Below, in pieces: positions 34,173 through 44,586 of a stretch of DNA of 64,000 bases; positions within the stretch are counted from its first letter, which is position 1; each line of letters begins with the position of its first letter. Source of the DNA: an uncultured Rhizobium sp. (GTDB lineage: Bacteria; Pseudomonadota; Alphaproteobacteria; Rickettsiales; UBA1997); assembly GCA_964537735.1 (NCBI GenBank), contig CAZICL010000006.1, positions 989-64,988 on the forward strand, read 5' to 3'. A program made the translations under genes and the position numbers. The notes below the pieces were generated by a model. The model was not told the DNA's origin, did no database searches, and saw only the letters and a program-made list of their open reading frames with translations.

Positions 34173-34260
34173 TTTTTGTTTTCCACAAACCTCCTTCATT
34201 GTTAAGAACAAAGGATCCGTTGGATTATTTTTAATAAATCAAAGACTTACGACAGTCTCT

Positions 34261-35031
34261 TTACTCTAGACTCTTTTTTCCAGGCAATTTAGCAAAAATC
34301 ACATCGGTAATTTTCGTGGATAATAAAGTGGCGAACCACACCACAAAATAAAGTGGGAAAGGAAAAGCGATGCGTGATTTATTTTGAGCTAGGCCTTGTT
34401 TAATAATTTTAGCAGCTTGCTCAACTGGCATTAAAAAAGGCATCGGAAAATCATTAACATCAGTCATCGGCGTTTTGATATAGCCTGGACAAATAACATT
34501 CACCAAGATCCCCAGTGGCGCTAAATTGCCGCGCAATGCCTCACCGTAAACCCGTACTGCAGATTTACTAGCTGAATAAGCTGGCGAACTGGGCAAACCT
34601 CTAAAACCAGCAAGCGAAGAAATTAGAGCAATTTGACCTCTTTTTCTAAGGCGCATTTTCTCAATTACTGGATGAGTTACATTTAAAACCCCGCCCAAAT
34701 TTGTGGCAAAAATCTTCTTCACCTGCGCAAAAGATTCTGGTCCACCGGCGGTTCCGGCTGAAATTCCAGCGTTAGCAATCACCAAATCCAATTCGTAACT
34801 TTCTTCAATTCTTTCAATCCAATTTTTTGTCGCTTCTTCATTTGTGACGTCCAAAATCTCTAAAAGAACATTTGCTTTTAATTCTTCGCAAAGAAGTTTT
34901 GTGTGCGACAATTTTTCAAGATTGCGACCACAAAGAAATAAATTCACACCAGCTTTGGAATAGCTAACAGCAAGAGCGCGACCAATTCCGCTGCCAGCAC
35001 CGCTTATTAAAATATTTTTAGGATTTTGCAT
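34261..35031 (-). CDS. SDR-family oxidoreductase
   Basis: 256 aa with ISGAGSGIGRALA (TGxxxGxG), NAG, and YSASKSAV (YxxxK). Confidence 0.9.
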   Translation of the reverse strand: MQNPKNILISGAGSGIGRALAVSYSKAGVNLFLCGRNLEKLSHTKLLCEELKANVLLEILDVTNEEATKNWIERIEESYELDLVIANAGISAGTAGGPESFAQVKKIFATNLGGVLNVTHPVIEKMRLRKRGQIALISSLAGFRGLPSSPAYSASKSAVRVYGEALRGNLAPLGILVNVICPGYIKTPMTDVNDFPMPFLMPVEQAAKIIKQGLAQNKSRIAFPFPLYFVVWFATLLSTKITDVIFAKLPGKKSLE

Positions 35032-35033
35032 AA

Positions 35034-35645
35034 ATGACTCAGAAATTTATTACGTTTGAAGGAATTGAAGGCAGCGGAAAATCAACTCAGGCAAAAAAAT
35101 TGCACGAGTTTTTTTTAAGCAAAAAAATTGACGCTGTATTAACCCGTGAACCTGGTGGAACTTTGGCTTCCGAGCGTATTCGTGAAATTTTAATCGACGA
35201 AAAAATTGCTAAACTTGAAGCTAAAACCGAACTTTTTTTAAATTTTGCTGCCCGTTTAGAACATGTAGAAAAGCTGATTAAACCGTCATTGCAACAAAAT
35301 AAAACCGTAATTTCGGATCGCTTTTTTGACTCAACTTACGCTTACCAAGGCAGCGCTTTTGGACTTGATGAAGCGCTTATTGACGCGGTAAAACAAATGA
35401 CAATTCAAGATTTTGCACCCAACGTTACATTTTTAATTGATGTGCCAGTAGATACAGCATTTGCGCGAATTGTGAACAGGTCCGACAATAATCGTTACGA
35501 GAAATTAGGACGTGATTTTCATCAAAAAGTTCGTGACGGATTTTTGACTCTAGCGAAGAAAAATCCCCGAATTATAGTGATTGACGGCACCAAAAATCCT
35601 CAAGAAATTACTCAAGAAATTACTCAATTTTTAACCTCAATTTAA
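35034..35645 (+). CDS. tmk: dTMP (thymidylate) kinase
   Basis: 203 aa with FITFEGIEGSGKSTQ, TREPGGT and DRFFDST. Confidence 0.95.
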   Translation: MTQKFITFEGIEGSGKSTQAKKLHEFFLSKKIDAVLTREPGGTLASERIREILIDEKIAKLEAKTELFLNFAARLEHVEKLIKPSLQQNKTVISDRFFDSTYAYQGSAFGLDEALIDAVKQMTIQDFAPNVTFLIDVPVDTAFARIVNRSDNNRYEKLGRDFHQKVRDGFLTLAKKNPRIIVIDGTKNPQEITQEITQFLTSI

Positions 35646-36599
<954 letters not shown>

Positions 36600-36607
36600 A
36601 AGGAATC

Positions 36608-36641
36608 GGGGTAAGTGGTATCTTAATTTATCACTTACCCC
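36608..36641 (+). terminator. hairpin downstream of mdh (no U-tract)
   Basis: ggggtaagtg-N14-cacttacccc, a 10-bp stem with no T-run after it, so terminator function is uncertain. Confidence 0.4.
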
Positions 36642-36663
36642 AAGCGCCTTACCTCAGAATCAA

Positions 36664-38235
36664 ATGACTAATATCGAGAGTAAAAAATCCAGACTGGTTT
36701 TTATTTACTGCGGCATTTTGGCGGCATTTTGCGTCATTATTTTACGCATGTTTTTTGTCGTCATGTTTGGTGATAAGGTCAAAGTTACCAATACATATGA
36801 TCAGCGCAAACTAGTCAAAAGAGCGAATATCGTTGACCGCAACGGCACATTGGTGGCCACCGATTTAAAAACCAAATCACTTTATTTAAGCAGCATTTTG
36901 GTGAAAGATCCCAACATGGTTGCAACTGCTGTTTCCAGCATTTTCCCTGATCTTTCACGCCAAGATATTTTGAAAAAAATCACTGATGGTAATAGCAGCA
37001 GAAACTGGATTTTACTTAAGCGTAACCTTACCCCAAACCAGGCTGAGCAAGTACAAAACCTTAAAATTGCCGGCCTCATTTTTGAAGATGACCGCATTCG
37101 TGTTTATCCACAAAAATCAATCACCAGCCATTTGGTTGGTTATGTTGACCTTGACCGCAAAGGTCTTTCTGGAATTGAGATGCAATATGATCGGCAATTA
37201 GCCCATAATAATGAAGAGTTAAAACTTGCCCTGGATATTCGTGTTCAGGATATTTTGCATGATGAACTTCTAAACGGCATTGATCAATATCACACCAAAG
37301 CTGCTGCCGGAATTATAATGGATGTAACTAACGGCGAAGTTTTAGCCGTCTCTTCAATGCCAGATTTTGACTCTAATTTACAGCATGAAGCTTCTCAAGA
37401 ACAGCGTTTCAACCGTGCAATCAACGGCGTTTATGAGCTGGGATCAATCTTTAAAATCTTCACCAACACCATCGCTTTCGAGAATGATATGGTTAAAATG
37501 AACGATGTTTATAATGTGCGCGAACCAATCAAATACGGACGTTTTACTATTAATGATGACCATAAAGTTAAAGATGAAATGACTGTCGCCGAAGTTTTTG
37601 CCTATTCTTCAAATATCGGAACCGTCGAGATCGCTAAGAAAATCGGCATCGATACCGAGAAAGAATATTTGGAGAAATTCGGATTGCTTAAAAAAATCGA
37701 CACAGAATTTCCCGGATTAGGAAGACCAATCTCGCCGAGAATCTGGCGCGAAATTAATCTCTACACCATTTCTTATGGTCACGGCATTGCCATAACGCCA
37801 CTACATATAGCAACCACAGTTGCAGCAATTGCCAACGGTGGCATACTTTACACACCGTCTTTTTTAAAACTCACAAATGCGCCTAGCGGCAAAAGAATCA
37901 TTAAAGAATCAACCTCGGAAACTATGCGCCAAATGCTGCGCAAAGTGGTGGTCGATGGCACTGGACGCAATGCTAATATTGAAGGTTATGAAGTGGGTGG
38001 CAAAACTGGAACAGCTAACCGCGCCGAATATGGCAGCTATAATGAAAGATTAACCATGGCTTCTTTTGTGGCAGTTTTTCCAATGTCCCAACCAAAATAT
38101 CTGATTTACGTAATTTTCGACCGTCCGAATTATACCTTTAATACCGGTGGCATGGTCGCCGCTCCTGTGGCTGGTAAAATTGTACGTAACATCGCTCCTA
38201 TTCTTGGCGTAATGCCAATTGAAGGAACTAAATAA
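36664..38235 (+). CDS. ftsI: class B penicillin-binding protein / peptidoglycan D,D-transpeptidase (FtsI/PBP2-like)
   Basis: 523 aa with an N-terminal TM anchor and the SxxK (GSIFKIF), SxN (YSSNIG) and KTG (GGKTGTA) motifs. It is not embedded in a dcw cluster here. Confidence 0.8.
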   Translation: MTNIESKKSRLVFIYCGILAAFCVIILRMFFVVMFGDKVKVTNTYDQRKLVKRANIVDRNGTLVATDLKTKSLYLSSILVKDPNMVATAVSSIFPDLSRQDILKKITDGNSSRNWILLKRNLTPNQAEQVQNLKIAGLIFEDDRIRVYPQKSITSHLVGYVDLDRKGLSGIEMQYDRQLAHNNEELKLALDIRVQDILHDELLNGIDQYHTKAAAGIIMDVTNGEVLAVSSMPDFDSNLQHEASQEQRFNRAINGVYELGSIFKIFTNTIAFENDMVKMNDVYNVREPIKYGRFTINDDHKVKDEMTVAEVFAYSSNIGTVEIAKKIGIDTEKEYLEKFGLLKKIDTEFPGLGRPISPRIWREINLYTISYGHGIAITPLHIATTVAAIANGGILYTPSFLKLTNAPSGKRIIKESTSETMRQMLRKVVVDGTGRNANIEGYEVGGKTGTANRAEYGSYNERLTMASFVAVFPMSQPKYLIYVIFDRPNYTFNTGGMVAAPVAGKIVRNIAPILGVMPIEGTK

Positions 38236-38239
38236 AGAA

Positions 38240-38659
38240 CTAAACTTTCTTTAACGGACGGCAATAAAGCTCAAGCTTATGACCAACTAGCTCATATCCT
38301 TTATCACGAGCAATTTTTTCTTTTAGCTGCTCTAACTCTTCACTAAAAAATTCAAAAACTTCATCAGTAGTGATATCCACCAAATGATCGTGATGATCTT
38401 CACCCTCAAGCTTTTCATAACGAGCCCTTCCTTTACCACCGAAATCATGCTTGGCGATAACGCCAACTTCTTCAAACATTTTTACAGCACGATAAACCGT
38501 AGCAATTCCGATCTTAGAATTAATTTTTGCTGAACGACGAAAAACCTCTTCAACATCAGGATGGTCAACACTCTCCGATATTACTCGGGCGATAATGCGA
38601 CGATTCTCTGTTAATCTGATATTTTGTTCCTCACAAAGTTTTTCGATTTGGGAAGGCAT
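38240..38659 (-). CDS. irr: Fur-family regulator, Irr-like
   Basis: Fur-family winged helix (RLTENRRIIARVI, DHPDVEEVF, ATVYRAVKMFEEVGV), and an EGEDHHDHLVD His-rich motif without the CxxC pairs, as in Irr. The start was moved to the ATG at 38659 (MPSQIEKL). Confidence 0.7.
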   Translation of the reverse strand: MPSQIEKLCEEQNIRLTENRRIIARVISESVDHPDVEEVFRRSAKINSKIGIATVYRAVKMFEEVGVIAKHDFGGKGRARYEKLEGEDHHDHLVDITTDEVFEFFSEELEQLKEKIARDKGYELVGHKLELYCRPLKKV

Positions 38660-38769
38660 AGTTAAAAAAATTAGGATTAAAATTTGCATCAGGCTCTGTA
38701 ATTGCTTTTAATTTTTTAAGCATCGACAATAATTTACCAGACCTTTCTCATTCCAAAATCTGCAATGAT

Positions 38770-40257
38770 ATGACAAAAAATCGCAAAATCATCGAAACCG
38801 TTACTCCCTCTCTAACCTTTGATGACGTGCTTCTAAAGCCGGCATTTTCCAATGTTTTGCCTGCCGATGCTAATACCAAAACCCGTATTACAAAAAATAT
38901 TTCTTTAAATATACCCATCATTTCTTCGGCGATGGATACCGTAACTGAAAGCCGCCTGGCTATTGCAATGGCGCAGTCCGGAGGCATTGGATGTATTCAC
39001 AAAAATCTTTCAATTAAAGATCAATCTGACGAAGTTAGAAAAGTAAAAAAATTTGAATCTGGAATGGTTTTGAATCCAGTAACAATAACACCTGATGCCA
39101 CATTAGGAGACGCTTTAATTCTGATGAGAAATTACGGAATTTCCGGAATTCCAGTTGTCAAATCTGGCACCAAAAAACTGCTGGGCATTCTCACTAATCG
39201 CGACGTGCGTTTTGCTACTGACAAAAAACAGCTGGTTAAAGAATTAATGACCAAAGATGGCCTAATCACCGCCAGACAAAATGTCAGCAAGTCTGATGCC
39301 AAAGCTTTACTACATAAAAATCGTATCGAGCGCATAATTATCACCGATGCCAGCGGCAACTGCATTGGTCTTATGACTGGTAAAGATTTAGAAAAAACCA
39401 AACAATTTCCACATGCCGCTAAAGATGATGAAGGTCGTCTTTTAGTTGCCGCCGCTACCGGCGTTGGTCGTGATGGCATTAAGCGCGCCGAAAGTTTAAT
39501 TGAAGCCGGCGCTGATATTGTAATTATCGACACTGCTCACGGCCATTCCAACGGCGTGATTGAAACTATGCGTGAGTTAAAAAAATCTTATCCAAAACAA
39601 AACTTCATTGCCGGAAATATCGCTACTAAAGAAGCCGCCCAAGCTTTGGTTGATGCCGGTGCTGATGCAGTAAAAGTTGGTATTGGCCCCGGTTCAATTT
39701 GCACAACTCGTATTGTTGCAGGTGTCGGTGTGCCACAATTATCAGCAATTCTCGATGTTGTTGAGTTTTGTGACAAAGCAAAAATTCCACTAATCTCCGA
39801 TGGCGGTATCAGATTCTCCGGTGATCTTGCCAAAGCTATTGCCGCCGGCGCAAGCTGCGTCATGCTTGGCGGATTGTTGGCTGGCGCCGAAGAGACTCCC
39901 GGTGAAATTGTATTATTCAAAGGCCGTTCTTACAAAGTTTATCGCGGCATGGGATCTCTGGGAGCAATGGCTCGCGGCTCTGCAGACCGTTATTTTCAGC
40001 AAGATGTTTCCGATAAATTAAAATTAGTACCCGAAGGAGTTGAAGGAAGAGTACCTTTCAAAGGTCCAACCTCCGAGATTATTCATCAACTTGTTGGCGG
40101 TTTAAAATCTGCGATGGGTTACACCGGAAATGCTACCATTGAAGATATGCGCAAAAATTGTAACTTCGTACGCATCACTAATTCCGGCCTTCGCGAATCT
40201 CATCCTCATTCAATCGCCATTACTTCCGAGTCTCCAAATTATACCACTGAGAGTTAA
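38770..40257 (+). CDS. guaB: IMP dehydrogenase
   Basis: 495 aa with a CBS pair insert and the catalytic loop [11 protein letters not shown], followed by YRGMGS. Confidence 0.95.
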   Translation: MTKNRKIIETVTPSLTFDDVLLKPAFSNVLPADANTKTRITKNISLNIPIISSAMDTVTESRLAIAMAQSGGIGCIHKNLSIKDQSDEVRKVKKFESGMVLNPVTITPDATLGDALILMRNYGISGIPVVKSGTKKLLGILTNRDVRFATDKKQLVKELMTKDGLITARQNVSKSDAKALLHKNRIERIIITDASGNCIGLMTGKDLEKTKQFPHAAKDDEGRLLVAAATGVGRDGIKRAESLIEAGADIVIIDTAHGHSNGVIETMRELKKSYPKQNFIAGNIATKEAAQALVDAGADAVKVGIGPGSICTTRIVAGVGVPQLSAILDVVEFCDKAKIPLISDGGIRFSGDLAKAIAAGASCVMLGGLLAGAEETPGEIVLFKGRSYKVYRGMGSLGAMARGSADRYFQQDVSDKLKLVPEGVEGRVPFKGPTSEIIHQLVGGLKSAMGYTGNATIEDMRKNCNFVRITNSGLRESHPHSIAITSESPNYTTES

Positions 40258-40260
40258 TAG

Positions 40261-40380
40261 ATCTTCCCTATCGGTAAGTTTTGGTTGCAAAGTTGATTAT
40301 GGCAGTCATTTTCTTACCGTTCGGTAAGTTTTAGTCAAAAAACCATGTTTTTTAGGAAAATCTTCCCGATCGGTAAGTTT
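40261..40380 (+). promoter_or_regulatory. three phased palindromic operator-like repeats upstream of hipB
   Basis: CTTCCCTATCGGTAAG (40263-40278), CTTACCGTTCGGTAAG (40313-40328, a perfect 6+4+6 palindrome) and CTTCCCGATCGGTAAG (40362-40377). Centre-to-centre spacing is 50 and 49 bp, and the last repeat ends 17 nt before the hipB ATG. Confidence 0.65.
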
Positions 40381-40394
40381 AACTTTCAAATAAA

Positions 40395-40607
40395 ATGACA
40401 ATGATAACCTCCTGTCAAGATCTGGGGATACTAGTCCAAAAAGCTAGAAAATCACAAAATTTTACTCAACGACAACTGGCTGCATTATGCGGAGTTGGGG
40501 AAAGATTCATCATCGATTTAGAAAAAGGCAAAGCCACTTGCGCTATCGATAAGGCACTTACAGTTGCAACGAGTCTCGGCATTAAAATAACCGCCAAATA
40601 TAAATGA
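40395..40607 (+). CDS. hipB: XRE-family HTH antitoxin (HipB-like)
   Basis: 70 aa with an HTH (FTQRQLAALCGVGERFIIDLEKGK). It overlaps hipA with ATGA. Confidence 0.8.
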   Translation: MTMITSCQDLGILVQKARKSQNFTQRQLAALCGVGERFIIDLEKGKATCAIDKALTVATSLGIKITAKYK

Positions 40608-41872
40608 CCACAAACAAACTTAACGTCTATTTGAATAAAGTTTTTGTCGGAACTTTTGAGCAATCTTTGCAAGGTGGCGCGCTATCATTTGTTTACGATT
40701 CCAACTATTTAAAATCCAAAAATCCGTTAGCGCTTTCAATCTCTCTAGCTCTGCGTTCTGAACCATTTAAGACCAACAATATCAAACCATTTTTTGCCGG
40801 TCTTTTGCCAGAAGGAGACCAGCTGGATTTGGTTGCTGATGCTTTTAAAGTCTCGACAAAAAATCCTTTTTCACTGCTGCGTGAAATTGGCCGCGACTGT
40901 GCTGGCAGTGTTGAAATCATACCCCATGGTGAAAAAGTTCTGACATATTCTCAGGGCAAAATTGAGAAATTAACTCAAGATCGTCTGCTGGAAATTCTGC
41001 GCAAAACTAACAACACTGCACAAGCTATAAAAAGTGGCAAGAACCGCTTTTCACTTGCTGGGGCACAACGCAAAATAGCCGTTTTTTTTGATGAAAGTAA
41101 AAATTCGCTACCAGCTTTGGTCAATGGCAAACCCAGCACTCACATTCTAAAACCGCTAATGCCGCGATATAAAACTTCGGTACATAATGAGTTTTTTTGC
41201 ATGAAATTGGCAAAAGAAATGAATCTTGAAGTTGCAGAAGTTTTTTTTAAACAACTCGATGAACAGCCTTATCTATTGATTCGACGCTATGATCGCACTA
41301 AATTGGGCAAAAATTTTATTCGCTTACATCAGGAAGATTTTTGTCAGGCTTTGGGATTGATGCCGGAACAAAAATATCAAGGAGTTGATGGCGGACCTGG
41401 AATTGACATTTGCAAAGATTTAATCTCCAAACACAGCGCCAGAGCCGTTCTTGACCGTTATCGTTTTTTACGAGCTACCATTTTTAACTATTTAATTGGC
41501 AATTCTGATGCTCATGGCAAGAATTTTTCTTTCCTCCACAAGGCTGGGAAGACAAGACTCGCACCTTTCTATGACCTCATTTCAACTTGTTGTTATGCCG
41601 AAATTGACCATCAAATAGCCATGAAAATTGGTAAGGTTAAAGACCCCAACCGCCTTTCTTTGAATAATTGGCACCAGATTGTTGCCAATACCAACACCGC
41701 CAGATCACACTTGGAAAAAGAACTACAAAGCTTTGCCTTAACTTTGCCTCAGGCCGCAAAATCACTGCAGGAAAAACTCCGCAGAAAAGGCATCGAATCA
41801 GAAATTTTTGACGAAATCCAAAATCTTATTCACAAAAGATCACAAAAAATTCTGGGATATTTTAAAAGCTAA
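40604..41872 (+). CDS. hipA: type II toxin-antitoxin Ser/Thr kinase toxin HipA
   Basis: 422 aa with an N-terminal HipA coupling domain (LNVYLNKVFVGTF), SLAGAQRK, and the catalytic loop GNSDAHGKNFSF. Confidence 0.85.
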   Translation: MTTNKLNVYLNKVFVGTFEQSLQGGALSFVYDSNYLKSKNPLALSISLALRSEPFKTNNIKPFFAGLLPEGDQLDLVADAFKVSTKNPFSLLREIGRDCAGSVEIIPHGEKVLTYSQGKIEKLTQDRLLEILRKTNNTAQAIKSGKNRFSLAGAQRKIAVFFDESKNSLPALVNGKPSTHILKPLMPRYKTSVHNEFFCMKLAKEMNLEVAEVFFKQLDEQPYLLIRRYDRTKLGKNFIRLHQEDFCQALGLMPEQKYQGVDGGPGIDICKDLISKHSARAVLDRYRFLRATIFNYLIGNSDAHGKNFSFLHKAGKTRLAPFYDLISTCCYAEIDHQIAMKIGKVKDPNRLSLNNWHQIVANTNTARSHLEKELQSFALTLPQAAKSLQEKLRRKGIESEIFDEIQNLIHKRSQKILGYFKS

Positions 41873-43845
41873 GAGATGGGATCAACATCAATTCGCACTC
41901 GCACCGACTTTGGAATTTCAAGACTTTGCAGCACATCGCGAATTAATTTCTGCACGTTGGTTTTTTTGGCCGCTTTCAAATTTACTAAAAAATGATGACG
42001 ATTTTTTAGCCGTTGAAGTGGCGCTGATGCCGGTCCGAAGATTTCAATTTTATCACTTAGCGGAAAATGCGAAATTAATTTTTTGGCAAAACTTTTTGCT
42101 TCCATTTCATTAAAAGAGCTGACTTCAAATTTAACCATGCGTGAGAAAGGCGGCAAATCAAGGCTTTGGCGGTTATTGATTTCAAAATCGTAAAAAGATT
42201 TTTTGTCATATTTTCTGATTTGCTCAAAAATAAAATTTTGTGGATTGTAAGTCTGAATCATGATTTTGCCGGCATCAGATCGTCTTCCGGCACGACCCAT
42301 CACTTGAGTTAAAATCTGATAAGTTTTCTCCAAAGCACGCAGCTCTGAAGAATAAAGCAAAGCATCAGCATCAATAATTCCAACCAAAGTGAGGTCAGGA
42401 AAATCATGACCTTTCACAATCATTTGGGTTCCAATTATGATGTCGATTTCACGATTTAAAATTTGCGCCACCACTTTATCCACATCATCAAATCCGCCAA
42501 TATTATCGCTGGTGATCAAAGCAATTCTGCCATCCGGAAAAAGATTTTTAACTTCTTCCAAAATCTTCTCCACTCCAACGCCAAGAGAAATCAAAGACTC
42601 TTTTTCATTACAAAATTTACAGCTTGTCTCCAGCTTTTCCTGATGTCCGCAGTGATGGCAAACTAACTTTTGTTTTGACTTATGTAACACCAAATGAAAA
42701 TCACAGTCCGCACATTGATATTTCTCACCACAACTCTTACACATCGTCACTGGCGCATATCCACGGCGATTTAGAAAAAGTAAACTTTGTTTGTTGGCAG
42801 CTAAATTTTGCGCCATTTCCACACGTAATTTTTGCGAAATAAATTGCTCTTTAGGCAATTTTTCACGACGCAGATCAATCATCTCCACATCATTTTTTTG
42901 ACCAAATCTTTGCTCTAAAATAAAATGACGATATTTGCCAGAAACAGCGTTGGCATAGCTTTCAAGAGCCGGAGTTGCTGAAGATAAAATAACCGGAAAA
43001 TTTTCAATATTAGCTTTGACAACCGCCATATCACGAGCATGAAAATTAAAAACATCTTCTTGTTTGAAGGATGAATCATGCTCTTCATCAAGCACAATTA
43101 GTTGCAGATTTCTGAAAGGCAGCAACAAAGCTGAACGAGCACCAATCAAGACTCTGACCGTCCCTTCAACCACGCCATAAAAAATTTCACGTTTGTCTTT
43201 CTTGGAAATTTTAGAGTGCCACAAAGCTGGTTTAAAACCGAACTGCTCTTCAAAACGCATCAATAATTGTGAGGTCAGAGCAATTTCAGGGAGCAGAATA
43301 AGAATTTGCGCTGTTTCTGCTTCAAAAGTTTGAGCCAGAATCTTAGCGATCAGTGCAAAATAAATTTCGGTTTTACCAGAACCAGTCACACCGTCGAGCA
43401 AAATAACTGAAGATTTCTCAACCATTAAGTGATCGAAAATTTCCTGCTGTTTTGGCAATAATTTTTTTAAGTTAAATTGCTCTGGCACAACTTTTTGCAC
43501 AAAACTTTGCGGAACTTTTTTAACCTTATCTGAATTTAATATTCCCAAAAATGCTCGCAATACCAAACCACGACTAGCAAGGTTATAGGCCGCCAAACTT
43601 TCAATAAATTTTAACTGATTTGTGGTAAATTTTAGGCGCGTATTTTTTTCTAGAACTTTTTTTATTTTTTCTGCCGCTAGATTTTGCGGAGCTTCTAAAC
43701 TAAGTGAAAAAACCACTCCCCAGATTTTTTGTCTGCCAAACTCAACAAGCACCACGTCACCTACGTCAATATGCTCTTCACTGTTGTAAGTAAAAAGTTC
43801 GTCAAGCGCTAGCGGCAATAGAAGCTGAGCAAAAATTTTTGACAT
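41869..43845 (-). CDS. priA: primosomal replication restart helicase PriA
   Basis: 658 aa with Walker A (DGVTGSGKTE), DEEH, the Cys-rich zinc insert (CKSCGEKYQCADCDF...CHHCGH...CKFC) and GRAGR. Confidence 0.95.
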   Translation of the reverse strand: MSKIFAQLLLPLALDELFTYNSEEHIDVGDVVLVEFGRQKIWGVVFSLSLEAPQNLAAEKIKKVLEKNTRLKFTTNQLKFIESLAAYNLASRGLVLRAFLGILNSDKVKKVPQSFVQKVVPEQFNLKKLLPKQQEIFDHLMVEKSSVILLDGVTGSGKTEIYFALIAKILAQTFEAETAQILILLPEIALTSQLLMRFEEQFGFKPALWHSKISKKDKREIFYGVVEGTVRVLIGARSALLLPFRNLQLIVLDEEHDSSFKQEDVFNFHARDMAVVKANIENFPVILSSATPALESYANAVSGKYRHFILEQRFGQKNDVEMIDLRREKLPKEQFISQKLRVEMAQNLAANKQSLLFLNRRGYAPVTMCKSCGEKYQCADCDFHLVLHKSKQKLVCHHCGHQEKLETSCKFCNEKESLISLGVGVEKILEEVKNLFPDGRIALITSDNIGGFDDVDKVVAQILNREIDIIIGTQMIVKGHDFPDLTLVGIIDADALLYSSELRALEKTYQILTQVMGRAGRRSDAGKIMIQTYNPQNFIFEQIRKYDKKSFYDFEINNRQSLDLPPFSRMVKFEVSSFNEMEAKSFAKKLISHFPLSDKIEIFGPASAPLQRLKNRHHFLVNLKAAKKTNVQKLIRDVLQSLEIPKSVRVRIDVDPIS

Positions 43846-43931
43846 GTCGGTTGATTAAGAGATTCGAGATAACTAATTTCCGCTCAGGCTAATGACCCCT
43901 TTTTCCTTGTCAAAATTCAAACTAAAATTTT

Positions 43932-44585
43932 ATGAAATTTTTTATCGACTCCGCTGAAATCGCTGAAATTAAAGAAATCGCCGCTTACGGACTTCTGGAT
44001 GGCGTTACCACTAATCCCAGCTTGATTGCCAAATCTGGACGCGATTTTAAAGAGGTGATCGCCGAAATTTGTAAAATTGTTGATGGCCCAGTCAGCGCTG
44101 AAGTTGCTGCTACGGATTATGAAAATATGGTTCGTGAAGGCGAGATTTTGGCCAAAATCGCTAAAAATGTCTGCATCAAATTGCCCATGACTTTAGATGG
44201 CATCAAAGCCTGTAAATATTTTTCTGACAAAGGAATTCAAACTAACGTCACCCTTTGTTTTTCTGCAGCACAAGCAATTTTAGCTGCGAAAGCTGGCGCA
44301 ACTTTTGTATCACCATTCGTGGGCAGACTTGATGATATTGGGCAAGATGGCATGACTTTAATTGAAGAAATCTGCGATATTTATTCCAATTATCCAGAAT
44401 TCAAAACTGAAGTTTTGGTTGCTTCAATCCGCAATCCAATTCACATCACCGCCGCTGCCAGAATGGGCGCTGATGTCGCCACCATCCCCGGCAAAGTTCT
44501 AAAACAATTAATCTCACATCCACTAACCGACAAAGGTTTGGAAACTTTTGTTAAGGATTGGGCTTCAACTGGTCAGAAGATTTAA
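43932..44585 (+). CDS. tal: short-form transaldolase / fructose-6-phosphate aldolase
   Basis: 217 aa starting [15 protein letters not shown]...DGVTTNPSL, with SPFVGRLDD. Confidence 0.9.
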   Translation: MKFFIDSAEIAEIKEIAAYGLLDGVTTNPSLIAKSGRDFKEVIAEICKIVDGPVSAEVAATDYENMVREGEILAKIAKNVCIKLPMTLDGIKACKYFSDKGIQTNVTLCFSAAQAILAAKAGATFVSPFVGRLDDIGQDGMTLIEEICDIYSNYPEFKTEVLVASIRNPIHITAAARMGADVATIPGKVLKQLISHPLTDKGLETFVKDWASTGQKI

Positions 44586-44586
44586 A

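Noticed and set aside
34066-34269. 67-aa ORF (MRHLLFQRRGVGCKTSFEKGGVTPCV...) in the rplY-SDR spacer
   Set aside because: It is read straight through the arms of the palindromic element, so its sequence is dictated by hairpin symmetry. It has no ribosome-binding site and no recognisable fold. I treat it as a by-product of the repeat.
39132-39920. Antisense ORFs of 133 and 110 aa within guaB
   Set aside because: This is the classic antisense shadow of a highly conserved, locally GC-richer gene. The Ala/Pro/Ser-rich translations have no start context.
40261-40380. Three ~21-nt repeats with ~28-nt spacers, considered as a mini-CRISPR array
   Set aside because: There are only three copies and each is an internal palindrome. 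They lie directly upstream of an HTH antitoxin gene, and no cas genes are present. Operator sites explain them better.
41808-42113. 101-aa plus-strand ORF spanning the hipA 3' end and antisense priA
   Set aside because: It overlaps two well-supported genes in other frames, and there is no independent signal.
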